Part shown: positions 8,244 to 18,355 of the stretch, piece after piece | Position numbering within the stretch: the stretch's first letter is position 1 | Layout of the letters: the number at the start of each line of letters is the position of its first letter | Origin: a candidate division FCPU426 bacterium | GTDB lineage: Bacteria > Oederibacteriota > Muellerivitia > Muellerivitales > Muellerivitaceae | Direction: 5' to 3' | DNA: 64,000 nucleotides | NCBI GenBank assembly: GCA_963830915.1 | Contig: CAWHOE010000019.1 | Coordinates: 1-64,000 of the forward strand | Made by a program: the position numbers and the translations under genes | The notes under the pieces: model-generated | Databases searched by the model: none | The model's input: only the letters and a program-made list of their open reading frames with translations | Told to the model about the DNA's origin: nothing

Positions 8244-10739
8244 ATGGCGATCAAAAAGAAAAAGAAAGTACCAGCCAGGCCTTCCCGCAAGGCGAGTGTT
8301 CCTGAGCCGAAGATCAAGACGCAGATATCGGCGGCGGTAGTGGCCCCGCCCTCTTCCGAATCCCTTTTGCTCCTGTTCTTCGGGTTCGTGTTAGTAAGCG
8401 TCATTCTGCTCCAGTCGAACGCCTTCCAATGGATCATCGCACCCTCGTCGCTCACCATCGGCCATCCCGGCGTGATCCTTTTTCTGGGACTGGTCCTGCT
8501 GTTCCTGGGGTTCCGGGGTTTGCCCGCCTCTCCCTTGGCTTTCGACATTCCCGCTTCGGTCGCCTGTCCCTTGATGATCGGGGTCATGGGGATCGCGGCC
8601 TTCTTCCGTCTCTACCATATGAACGAACCGCCGGGCTGCTATTGGGACGATTACGCTGTTTGTATCGTCGACCCCCGCAATGTCATCGATCTGCATAAAT
8701 TCCCTGTCACCTTCCCGATCGGCTACCGGGAACCCCTCTATCCTTATGTGGCCGCCGCGTTCTGGTGGCTCGTCCCGACCTGGAAACCCATCCTGGTCCA
8801 CCGGTTGGTGTCCGCCCTCTTCGACCTGACGGCCGTGGGGGTCTATTACCTGCTGGGCAAAGAGATCTCGGGCAAACGCTCCGTCGGATTGCTCTTGGCC
8901 CTGCTGGGCGCCATGAGCAAACCCATGATCCTGCAGACGCTTTGCGGCATGGGAGGATTGACCCTGCCCCTGGGGGCCGCCTTGTTGCTGTTGATGCAGG
9001 CCAAGGTCCTGAAAAATCCCAGCCTGACCAATTTCATCCTGTGGGGCGGCGCTTTGGCCTTTGGCGTCTATACCTACCTGGTCATCCGTCCGCTGGTGAT
9101 CCTTCTTCCTGTATTCACCCTCGCCTGGGTGCTCTGGAAAGAAAGGGACAAGTCCAGCCGATGGGACGTGAAACTGGCTTTGCTCGTCCTGAGCCTGGGT
9201 TTCTTCCCGTTCTTCCTGGACAAGATGCTGGTGGTCTTCCATAACAATCCCATCACCAAATTATGGGCGTCCAACACGGATGTCTGGGCCTGTATCCAGG
9301 TGGCTTTCCTTTTGATCCTGGTTTATCTCTACCGAGCCTCGGAAGGGAAAAGCCGTCAAATGGTGGCCTGGGGCATGGCCCTTTTATTGGCTGGCATCCT
9401 GATGTATCCCCTGGCGATGGACCCCCAAGCTTCCCTGAAGATCCAGAGCCGTTCCTTCCTGCCCAAGGACCCGGCCCAGTGGGTCTCGGCTCCTTTCGTG
9501 AACAGCATCCTGGCCCAGATCAAGGCCACCTTGATGACCTTCTTCATCGGGGGGTCGGACCGCGCGGACATGAACGTGGTGGGCGATCCTTTCTTCGATT
9601 ACCAGGCTTCCGCCTTGGTGCTTTTGGGATTGGTTTATACCCTGGCTAAGCCCAGTTGGTGGCGGGTATTCCTGGTGGCTTTCGCGTTCATTGGGATCGT
9701 TCCCCATTTCATGACCTCCGACCAGACCAGCGCCAAGCTGCTGGCCTCCCTGCCCGCGCTCCTTCTGTTGGCCGCCATGGCGATCAACCAGTGGCTGGTC
9801 AGCGCCTTTTCCGGGGCGGCCAAGACCCGATGGCTGGCCCTGACCGCGGCCCTGCTTCTGGCGGGATTCGGCGTCTGGGACGGCCGGACCACATTCTTAA
9901 GGGTCTATGACAATTGGTTCAATCTGGACCGTGAGGATGTTCGGGTGGCCAAGGCCCTCGCGCCCGACCTGCAGGACAAACGCATTTACTACGCCCCGCC
10001 CCACGGCTACGGTTTCATTTCCACCCTCACCCAGGCGGTCCTGCTGGATCAGGTCCCGCTTTACGTGATGGGCCAGGACAACGTGAACACCATCTTCGTG
10101 ACGCCGGATCAGAAGCGCCAGGACCTGGCCGTCATGATCCCGGCCAGGGAAAAGGCCGCCATCGAACTGATGAAAAAGGAATATCCCCATTCCCAATGGT
10201 TCCCCCAATGGATGCCAGAACAGCCGGCCGGTTCGGAGCCCTATTTCTACCGCGCCATCGTACCGGCGGCCGACATACCGGAGAAGCCCGGGAAAACGTT
10301 CCATTTTCAAGTGGTCCCGGGGAAGAGTTGGCTGAGGCGTTTCTACCTGACCGAGTTCGGACTGGGCCGGGGCGTGATCAAGTATGAGGACCGCAACCCA
10401 AGCCTGGACCCGGTACCGGGGGACGCGGGAGGAGGGGAAGGCTCGGCCGAGGGTGATTGGGACGCGCCAGCGGAAGGCGATTATCTATTCACGTCCAAAA
10501 GCTCGGATATCAATCAGGTCTGGGTGGACGGCAAGCTGGTGGTGGACAGCCAGCCGGGCGGGGCTTTCAAGACCGCCACGGGAAGCGTCCATTTGACCCA
10601 AGGGCCCCATCGGATCCTCTTCAAGACCTATTTCAGGAACAACCTTCGTTTCCCCGAGTTCAAGGTAAGGGGCAAGAACAACAACGTTGATGAGACATTG
10701 GGCGTCGCCCCGGTCGCGCCGGCCAAGCCGGGAGCCTGA
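8244..10739 (+). CDS. GT-C glycosyltransferase + PA14-like domain, array copy 1 (divergent type X)
   Basis: FFRLY...YWDDY...GYREPLYPY loop, multi-TM core, C-terminal WDAPAEGDY..VWVDGK..LTQGPH. Confidence 0.85.
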   Translation: MAIKKKKKVPARPSRKASVPEPKIKTQISAAVVAPPSSESLLLLFFGFVLVSVILLQSNAFQWIIAPSSLTIGHPGVILFLGLVLLFLGFRGLPASPLAFDIPASVACPLMIGVMGIAAFFRLYHMNEPPGCYWDDYAVCIVDPRNVIDLHKFPVTFPIGYREPLYPYVAAAFWWLVPTWKPILVHRLVSALFDLTAVGVYYLLGKEISGKRSVGLLLALLGAMSKPMILQTLCGMGGLTLPLGAALLLLMQAKVLKNPSLTNFILWGGALAFGVYTYLVIRPLVILLPVFTLAWVLWKERDKSSRWDVKLALLVLSLGFFPFFLDKMLVVFHNNPITKLWASNTDVWACIQVAFLLILVYLYRASEGKSRQMVAWGMALLLAGILMYPLAMDPQASLKIQSRSFLPKDPAQWVSAPFVNSILAQIKATLMTFFIGGSDRADMNVVGDPFFDYQASALVLLGLVYTLAKPSWWRVFLVAFAFIGIVPHFMTSDQTSAKLLASLPALLLLAAMAINQWLVSAFSGAAKTRWLALTAALLLAGFGVWDGRTTFLRVYDNWFNLDREDVRVAKALAPDLQDKRIYYAPPHGYGFISTLTQAVLLDQVPLYVMGQDNVNTIFVTPDQKRQDLAVMIPAREKAAIELMKKEYPHSQWFPQWMPEQPAGSEPYFYRAIVPAADIPEKPGKTFHFQVVPGKSWLRRFYLTEFGLGRGVIKYEDRNPSLDPVPGDAGGGEGSAEGDWDAPAEGDYLFTSKSSDINQVWVDGKLVVDSQPGGAFKTATGSVHLTQGPHRILFKTYFRNNLRFPEFKVRGKNNNVDETLGVAPVAPAKPGA

Positions 10740-10776
10740 ACCTTAAGACGTTGTCGTAAATCCTGATCCACGGAGA

Positions 10777-13256
10777 ATGACAGAAGTGGCCCCCAAGAAA
10801 AAAGCCAAACAGGTCCGAGCGGCCTCGAAAAAATCCCCGGCGAAATCAGCCGCGCCTCGTCCGGCGGCGCCGGTATTGGAAACCCCATCGCGGTTCTTCG
10901 GCCCCAATTGGCTCATCGCCCTTCTTTTCTCCTGGGGATTGATCCTGCTGGGTCTCTTCAATCTCCCCAACTACCGCATGCTGCTGTCCCCGGATTTTCC
11001 CCTTCCCAACCTGCCCGTGCGCTGGCTTCTGGCCCTTGGGTTCATCGGCCTGGTGGCGCTTTTCAAGCTCGCGCCCAGAGTAGCCGAGAACGAGTGGGAC
11101 ATCTCCCCTTGGACCGCCAAGGTTTGGTTCGTCCTGTTCATGGTCCTGGCGGCCTGGCTTCGCCTGAAGAACGCCGCGGAGCCCGTGAGCGGATTCTGGG
11201 ACGACCACTATGTGGTCACGCGCGACATCCGCAATATCGTGGATTTCTACTGGCGGCCCCTCTTGATGCCCTCGGGATGGAGGGAGCCGTTCTTTCCTTA
11301 TCTCACCGCGCTCTTGTGGCTGGTCCTTCCCAATGCCACCGGCGTGACCATCGTCCATGTCAGCTCGGCGGTGATCGATCTGATGGCCCTTTGGGCCCTG
11401 TACCTGGCCGCCAAGGAAGTCGGCGGAAGGAGGATGGGTCTGCTGGTCCTGGGAATGGGAGCCATCTGTAAGGCCTTGATCGAGCCTTGTTTCTTCGGCT
11501 ATGGGAACAACACGACCGTCCTGGGCTGCGCTCTGGCCATGCTTTTCTCCCTTCGGGTCCTGAAGAAACCGGACTGGAAGCATTTCCTTTACTGGGGTCT
11601 CTCCCTTGGGTTCGGCGCCTATTGTTACGTGCCTTTCCGGGTCTGGATACCCGTCCTGCTGGGATGCCTATGGCTGTGGGTCTATTCGGACCCCAAGGAA
11701 AGAGGCAAGGACCCCTTCCGCTTGGTCCTGGGCATCGGCGGAATGACCGCCCTGGCTTTGCTATTCGCCATCAAGAACTCTTTCTTGAGCTCGGAATCTC
11801 CCCTGGTGAAATTCCTGACCTCTTTGCCGGTCCTGATTCTCGTGGTGGCGGGTCTAATTTTCGCTTACGTGAAAGTCGCCAAGCAGGGGCTGAAAGGCGA
11901 CGGCTTCAAGCTTTTCGGCTGGGCCACCGGGGCCATCTTCACCGTTTTGACCATGCTGCCCCTCTTCTTCCATCCCAACTATTCCTCCCACGTGGCGGAC
12001 CTATCGGTGTTCAGCAAGACTTTCTCGCCCAAACCCGGGGATGGTCTGCACCATCTCATGGATAACATCATCATCTGCCTGGGGCTCATGTTCGGACAGA
12101 CGGGCGAGGTGGCCCAATGCCCCGGGATCGGGGACTCTTTCTATGACTTTTTCCTGGCCGCTTCGGGAGCGCTGGCCCTGGCCTATTTCGTCGCCCGTCC
12201 TTCCTGGCTCAAGGGTTTTCTCCTACTGCTCTGGGTGAACAGCTTGACGCCCTTCCTGCTCTCCAACGCCCCCCATTCCTTCCGCATGGTCGGCGCGGAC
12301 GCCCCGCTCCTTTTCATCGGGGCCTGGGGTTTGAACCGCCTTTGGCTGGCCTTCGTGCAGGTCGGGTCCCGGAAAGTCGGGGAGTGGCCTGCGGGGTCCT
12401 GTTCTTATTGATCGCCTACTGGGAAGTGGGGTGCAATGAGACCCTGATGCAGGCCTGGCAGCAGGAAAAATATCCCGCCGCGGCCATCGATGACCAGGTC
12501 AACGCCGAACTACCCGTCCACCGGGTCTATCTTCACCGCAGCCACGCGGGATTCTATACCGGATGCCAGGATATCCTTTGCGACGGCAAGGACGTTTTCC
12601 GACTGAACGACAGCAACGTGATCGACCTGCTGGACGGGGAAAAGGGAAAGGACCTGGCCCTCCTGATCCAGGGGGATGACACGGCCACGCAGATGAGGAT
12701 CAACAAGGAATTCCCCGGGCTGGAATGGAACAGCATGAACACCCATTTCGCCGCCCCTTTCATGAAATGGGTGGAGATCCCTTTCAGCCGCCTGAAGGAA
12801 GGGAATCAGGGCTTTTTCTATGTCCGGCGGAAGCCCGCCGCGAACTGGCTGCGGCGCTGTTACGGCGAGTACGGTATGGGCCGGGGCATGATCCTCTATG
12901 AGGACAGGGCCGCCCGCTGGAACGAACCCCTCCTGCCGCATGAGGACTCGGACTGGGCGGACAAGACCATCACCATCGAGGGGACCTGGAACCTTCCGGC
13001 GGCGGGGGATTATCTCCTCGGCCTCCAGACCCAGAACGCCTGCCGATTCAGGCTGGATGGAAAGGTCGTCCAGGAAGTCCGGGAAGGTCATAGCGCCACT
13101 CCCCTCAAGATCCATCTTTCCGCCGGGACCCACCAGGTCAGCCTGGCTTGTTCCTATACCATCGATAAGACCATTCCCACCGTGTTAGTGACCACCCCCG
13201 GGTTCATCGCTGGAAAGCCGCTGGATGAGATGGCGGCCGAAACCGCGGTCCGATAA
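10777..13256 (+). CDS. GT-C + PA14-like, copy 2 (type A); frameshifted at ~12379-12382
   Basis: ORFs 10777..12411 and 12342..13256 join if one G is added to the G4 run, giving GSRKVGGVACG like paralog GSRKVGGMTC. GFWDDH and WREP motifs. Confidence 0.8.
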
Positions 13257-13289
13257 CAAGGTCCGCAGGACCGTGAAAAGGGAAAAGGC

Positions 13290-15761
13290 TTGAAACCCAG
13301 GAAGAAAAAAACCGTCAGACGTCCGAATGTTCCAGGCCCGTCCCGATCCAAATCGATCACTGTCGGTCCTTTTAAACCCCAACCCCTTTCCATCCCTTCC
13401 CGCTCACCATGGACATGGGTTGTGTTGGGCGGCTGGGGACTGACTTTCCTGGCCCTGCTGAACCTGCGCAATTACCATCTGGTCCTGCCGCCCCATTTCC
13501 CAACGCTGCCCATCCCTTTCTGGCCCGTGCTCCTCGCGGGTTTCGTCCTGATGGTCCTGGGCTTGAGGCGCATATCGGTCGACCTTCCTTTGCCCGATCT
13601 TTCCCCCTGGACCGCCAGGATCGGGTTTGTCCTTCTTTTCGTCCTGGCCGCGGCCTTCAGGCTCTTCGACGCGGACCGCGCTCCGGGGCTTTTGGCCGAT
13701 GACCATTTCATTTTCTGCCAGCAGGTTCGGGGCATCCTGGATTTTGGCCAGCATCCCTTCCTGTTCTCCTACAATTGGACCGAACCCCTTTTCAATTACG
13801 CCGCGGCTTTAGTTTGGTGGCTTATGCCCAAAGCCACCGGGATGCTAGTCCTGAGGATCACTTCAGCCCTTTTTGATCTGGGCACGGTCATTGTTTTCTA
13901 TTTCCTTGGCAAGGAAGCGGGCGGGCGCCGAATGGGGCTCATCCTCATGGCCATGGGCGCGGTCAGCAAGGGTCTTATTGAGATCAGCGATTATTCCCAG
14001 AGATGCCACCTGGTTATCTTGGCCTGCGCCTTGACCCTTCTGTTCCTTTTCCGCGTTTTTCGCCGTCCTGTTCTTTCGAATTTTATGGGGTTGGCCTTGG
14101 CTTTAGGTTTTGGGGGTTATACCTATCCCGCATTCCGCCCCTGGGTTCCGGCGGTCGTGGCAGGGTTGATGGTTTGGATCCTGTGCCAAGCCGAAGGAAA
14201 ACCCAAGACTCGATGGGGTTGGGTATTGGCGGCAAGTTTTGCGGGGGCCTGGTGCGCTTTATTCGCATTCCAGAATGTTCCTGCAATGGCTCATCTGGCC
14301 CTGGCCAGGTTCTTTTTTGCGAGTTGGGGAGGAATATTGATCCTCATCGTCCTGGTTTTTAGCTTTTTCAAGGTTTGGCGGGAGGACCAGGGATTGGTTT
14401 TCCAGTGGGTCTTGGCCGGCTTGGTGGCAGCCCTTATCTATTTTCCTTTGTGGATAGATCCTTACTATTCCGCACACACCAATCAAGAAGTCATCTTAAA
14501 CGCTCGCCACCAATTGAGTCCCTTGACCGCATTGAAACAAACGTTTGAGAATTTTTGTTCCGCTTTCCAGCTCTTGTTCTCTTGGAATTCCCCGAATTAT
14601 TCCAACGATCCCCATCATCCCATCCAGGATGATTCGTATCTTGATTTTTACCTTTCCGTCTTCGGGATCCTGGGTTTGGCTTGCCTTTGGGTCAGGATGA
14701 ATTGGGAGAAAGTAACCATTCTGGTCCTTTTTGTGGTGGGATTGCTGCCTTTCATGATGACTCCGTGGCCTTCCGCTCCGCGGACTTTGGCTTGTTTAGC
14801 GCCGATTTTTCTGACAGCGGCCTGGGGCGCCGACCGTCTTTGGCGGGTATTCGCCCTGGCCTTCAAGAGGATCGGCAAGCCGGTGGGGACGGTCCTTCTG
14901 CTGGGCTTTGGGGCTTGGGCCCTTTATTCCACCCTCCATCTCACCGAGTTGTGGCGTCAACAACGGGTTATAGATGCCATGAGCGCGGATGTCATCAAGA
15001 ACGAGCTTTCCAATGACCGGGTCTATTTACTGAGGGAACAAGATTATTTCGTGGGCTTTCCCCAGAATGTCCTTTGTGACGGTAAAGATGTGCATTTGGG
15101 AATGGCTTCCAATCCGATCGACCTGGCGGCTGGCGAGAAAGGCAAGGACCTGGCCGTCATGATGTACGTGAACGACCCTAATGCGGAGAGATTGCGAAAA
15201 GAATTCCCGAGAGCGGTTTGGAAAGAAATGAAGTCCTACCAGGGTTATGTGGAGTTGCGCTGGATGGTAGTCCCTTTCGCGGAACTTTCTGAATCGCCTG
15301 ATAAAATGTTCTATATCCGTCGAGTGCCCCGGGACACCTGGCGCCGAGAATTCTTCACCGACTATGGACTGGCCCGAGGACTGAACCTGTTGGAGGATAG
15401 GGTTGTCCATTGGGACGACCCTGCCGAAAACCTTCCCGCCGGTTGGGGAGGGTTCTTCACCGAAAGGGTTTCGGGTCGTTGGACCGTGCCGAACCCTGGC
15501 CGCTACTTGATCAAGCTCCATACCCTCAATACGACCAGGGTCCTGATCGACGGGCGGCTGGTGGTTCAAATGGCCCCTGGGGAGAAGGATATCGATCAAA
15601 CCGCCGAGGTGGGCCTGCCCGCCGGACCCCATACCGTCGAGGCGTTGAGCGCCCTTGCCGCTGAGAATCATATGCCCGCTGTCCTGGTCCATTCGGTCAG
15701 CGAGGGATGGGAAAAACCAATGGACATGATCCCGGGCGCGGATGGAACGTCCACTCCCTGA
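13290..15761 (+). CDS. GT-C + PA14-like, copy 3 (type B)
   Basis: TTG start. LLADDH, LGKEAGGRRMG, NDRVYL, NPIDLAAGEKGKDLA, PA14-like tail. Confidence 0.85.
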   Translation: MKPRKKKTVRRPNVPGPSRSKSITVGPFKPQPLSIPSRSPWTWVVLGGWGLTFLALLNLRNYHLVLPPHFPTLPIPFWPVLLAGFVLMVLGLRRISVDLPLPDLSPWTARIGFVLLFVLAAAFRLFDADRAPGLLADDHFIFCQQVRGILDFGQHPFLFSYNWTEPLFNYAAALVWWLMPKATGMLVLRITSALFDLGTVIVFYFLGKEAGGRRMGLILMAMGAVSKGLIEISDYSQRCHLVILACALTLLFLFRVFRRPVLSNFMGLALALGFGGYTYPAFRPWVPAVVAGLMVWILCQAEGKPKTRWGWVLAASFAGAWCALFAFQNVPAMAHLALARFFFASWGGILILIVLVFSFFKVWREDQGLVFQWVLAGLVAALIYFPLWIDPYYSAHTNQEVILNARHQLSPLTALKQTFENFCSAFQLLFSWNSPNYSNDPHHPIQDDSYLDFYLSVFGILGLACLWVRMNWEKVTILVLFVVGLLPFMMTPWPSAPRTLACLAPIFLTAAWGADRLWRVFALAFKRIGKPVGTVLLLGFGAWALYSTLHLTELWRQQRVIDAMSADVIKNELSNDRVYLLREQDYFVGFPQNVLCDGKDVHLGMASNPIDLAAGEKGKDLAVMMYVNDPNAERLRKEFPRAVWKEMKSYQGYVELRWMVVPFAELSESPDKMFYIRRVPRDTWRREFFTDYGLARGLNLLEDRVVHWDDPAENLPAGWGGFFTERVSGRWTVPNPGRYLIKLHTLNTTRVLIDGRLVVQMAPGEKDIDQTAEVGLPAGPHTVEALSALAAENHMPAVLVHSVSEGWEKPMDMIPGADGTSTP

Positions 15762-15856
15762 CCTTCGGGCCATGGGTTGATCCTGTTCAAGCCTCGAACA
15801 GAACGAGTTATGATCCTGATGATCTGGGTATTGAAACCTATTAAAGGAAAACCAAA

Positions 15857-18355
15857 ATTCCTCCCAAGAAAAAAACAAAAAACATAAGAAAGACCAAAAC
15901 CGGTCCGGCGAAAAGGGGACCTGCTCGGGCGACTGAGGCCAATACCGGCCTGAAAAAACCGGCGTTGGTCCCGGCCGTTTCGCGTTTGTTCGGGCCCAAC
16001 TGGCTCATCGGACTGCTATTCGCCTGGGGCCTGGTAATGGCGGGACTGTTCACCCTGCCCAATTACCGCCTGCTTTTACCCTCTTATTTCCCCCTGCCGA
16101 ATTTTCCGACCTATTGGCTGTTAGGAACTGGTTTCATCCTTCTCGTGGCCCTGTGGCGGATCGCCACTCCCGTCGAGGAGAACCAATGGGATCTATCCCC
16201 CTGGGTGGCGAAGTTCTGGTTCGTCCTTTTCATGGCGCTGGGAGCCTGGCTTAGGCTCAAGGACGCGGGACGGCCGACCGCGGGGTTCTGGGACGACCAC
16301 GCCTGGATCATCACCGATATCCGGGACGTCATCGATTGCGGGGCCCGTCCTCTTCTCTTTCCTTTCGGCTGGCGGGAGCCCCTGTTCCCTTATCTTTCGG
16401 CCTTCTTTTGGATACTCCAACCCAAGGCGACAGGTGTCTTCATCACCCATTTAAGCTCGGCGGTCATCGACCTGGCCGCGCTTTGGGCCCTTTATCTGGC
16501 CGCCAAGGAGATCGGCGGGAGGCGGATGGGTCTGTTGGTATTGGCCATGGGGGCCATCAGCAAGGCCATGATCGAGGTCTGTGTTTTCGGCTACGGCTGC
16601 GATACCACCGTTCTGGCCTGCTCTCTGGCCCTTCTTTTTTTCCTCCGGCTGATGAAGAAGCCCGACTGGAAACATTTCCTTTACTGGGGCCTGGCCCTGG
16701 GGTTCGGCGCCACCTGTTATGTCCCGTTCCGCATTTGGACCCCGGCCATGCTGGGCTGCGGATGGCTATGGGTCTACTCGGACCCCCGGGAAAGGTCTGG
16801 AAACCCGTTCCGTTTGATCCTGGGATTGGGCGGGATGGCGGCGCTGGTCCTACTTTTCGGCGTCACAAATTCCTTCCTGCCTGACGAGAACCCTTTGATC
16901 AAATTCGTTTCCAATCCCATCGTCATCATCCTGGCCGCCCTTCTCCTGGCCTTCAGCGCCTACCAGACCCACCGACAGGCCCGGCAGGGAGAGGGGGGAA
17001 AACTACTGGCCTGGGCCCTCGGCGCCCTGGCGGCGGTCCTGGTCATGACGCCTTTTTTCATGCACCCTTTCTATTCTTCCCACGTCTCGGACCTTTCGGT
17101 GTTCAGCAAGAAGCTTCCGCCCGTTCCCGGGGGCGGCTGGTACTATTTCTGGAACAATATCGTCTTCAGCCTGGCCATCATGTTCGGGCATGGTTTCGGT
17201 TTGACCCAGTGCCCTGGGGCGGGGGATTGTTTCTTCGATTTTTATGTTCCGGCCTGCGGCGTCCTGGCGCTGGCCTATTTCATCGCCCGGCCGACCGGCG
17301 CGAAGCTCCTTGTCCTTTTCATGTCCGCGGTCAGCCTCCTGCCTTTCCTGCTTTCCAACGCGCCCCACACGTTCCGCCTGGTGGGAACGGACGCCCCGCT
17401 TCTGTTGATCGGCGCCTGGGGTTTGAACCGCTTATGGCTGGCCTTCATCCAGATCGGGTCCCGGAAGGTCGGCGGGATGACCTGCGCCATCCTCCTGCTG
17501 GCTTTCGGAGGATGGGAACTGGACCGTAACACCGCCCTGATCGCCGATTGGCAATCCCAGAAAGGGCCGTCGGCCATCCTGGACGAGCAGGTGAGCCGGG
17601 AGATCCCCGGCCATAAGGTCTATTTGTTCCCCTTCGCCGATTTCTGGACCTATGGCCAGAGCATCCTGTGCGACGGGGAGGAGATCTACCGGGTGAACAC
17701 CACCATTCCCGTCGTCCTGAGGCAGGACGAAAAGGGGGAGGACCTGGCCCTGTTCCTGGCGGGGAAGGACCTGAAAACGAAAATGGAATTGGACAAGGAA
17801 TTTCCAGGCCTGACCTGGAATGAAAAAAGCACGCCCTACTCGATCCCTTTCATGAGGTGGACGGAAATCCCCATCGACCGGATAACGGAGGGACAAAAGG
17901 GATTGGTCCAGATGCGTCGTTTCCCGCGCTTCAGCTGGCTGCGCCGCTGTTACCGCACCTATGGGGTGGGACGGGGCATGATCCTTTACGAGGACCGGGT
18001 GAACCATTGGAACGATGATTTCGACCTCATCCCCGTCGACGCCAAGGCCGATTACAACTCCATGCGATTGGAAGGGGATTGGTACGTGACCCGGGAGGGG
18101 GAATATTCCTTTGGACTCCGAACGGCGAACACGACCTGGATGATCCTGGATGGGAACAAGATATTGAGGGTTCGGGGCGGTTTCGGCGACAATGTGCCCA
18201 AGAAAGCCACAGTTTTCCTGAAAGCCGGGATCCATCATGTGGAAATCGTGACCGCCTTCATGATCGAGACGCGGGTCCCCGTGGTTTCGGTGACCGCGCC
18301 CGGGGCCAATGGCGGGGTTCCGTTGGATGAATGTTCGTTATCGGCGGCGCCATGA
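15857..18355 (+). CDS. GT-C + PA14-like, copy 4 (type A); probable ATT start
   Basis: ORF track starts at TTG 15965, but the frame is open back to TAA 15842-44. ATT 15857 follows AAGGAA and restores the basic N-tail PPKKKTKNIRK seen in all paralogs. Confidence 0.8.
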   Translation: MPPKKKTKNIRKTKTGPAKRGPARATEANTGLKKPALVPAVSRLFGPNWLIGLLFAWGLVMAGLFTLPNYRLLLPSYFPLPNFPTYWLLGTGFILLVALWRIATPVEENQWDLSPWVAKFWFVLFMALGAWLRLKDAGRPTAGFWDDHAWIITDIRDVIDCGARPLLFPFGWREPLFPYLSAFFWILQPKATGVFITHLSSAVIDLAALWALYLAAKEIGGRRMGLLVLAMGAISKAMIEVCVFGYGCDTTVLACSLALLFFLRLMKKPDWKHFLYWGLALGFGATCYVPFRIWTPAMLGCGWLWVYSDPRERSGNPFRLILGLGGMAALVLLFGVTNSFLPDENPLIKFVSNPIVIILAALLLAFSAYQTHRQARQGEGGKLLAWALGALAAVLVMTPFFMHPFYSSHVSDLSVFSKKLPPVPGGGWYYFWNNIVFSLAIMFGHGFGLTQCPGAGDCFFDFYVPACGVLALAYFIARPTGAKLLVLFMSAVSLLPFLLSNAPHTFRLVGTDAPLLLIGAWGLNRLWLAFIQIGSRKVGGMTCAILLLAFGGWELDRNTALIADWQSQKGPSAILDEQVSREIPGHKVYLFPFADFWTYGQSILCDGEEIYRVNTTIPVVLRQDEKGEDLALFLAGKDLKTKMELDKEFPGLTWNEKSTPYSIPFMRWTEIPIDRITEGQKGLVQMRRFPRFSWLRRCYRTYGVGRGMILYEDRVNHWNDDFDLIPVDAKADYNSMRLEGDWYVTREGEYSFGLRTANTTWMILDGNKILRVRGGFGDNVPKKATVFLKAGIHHVEIVTAFMIETRVPVVSVTAPGANGGVPLDECSLSAAP

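Noticed and set aside
12379..12382. Phase-variable homopolymer tract
   Set aside because: G4 is too short for typical slipped-strand switching.
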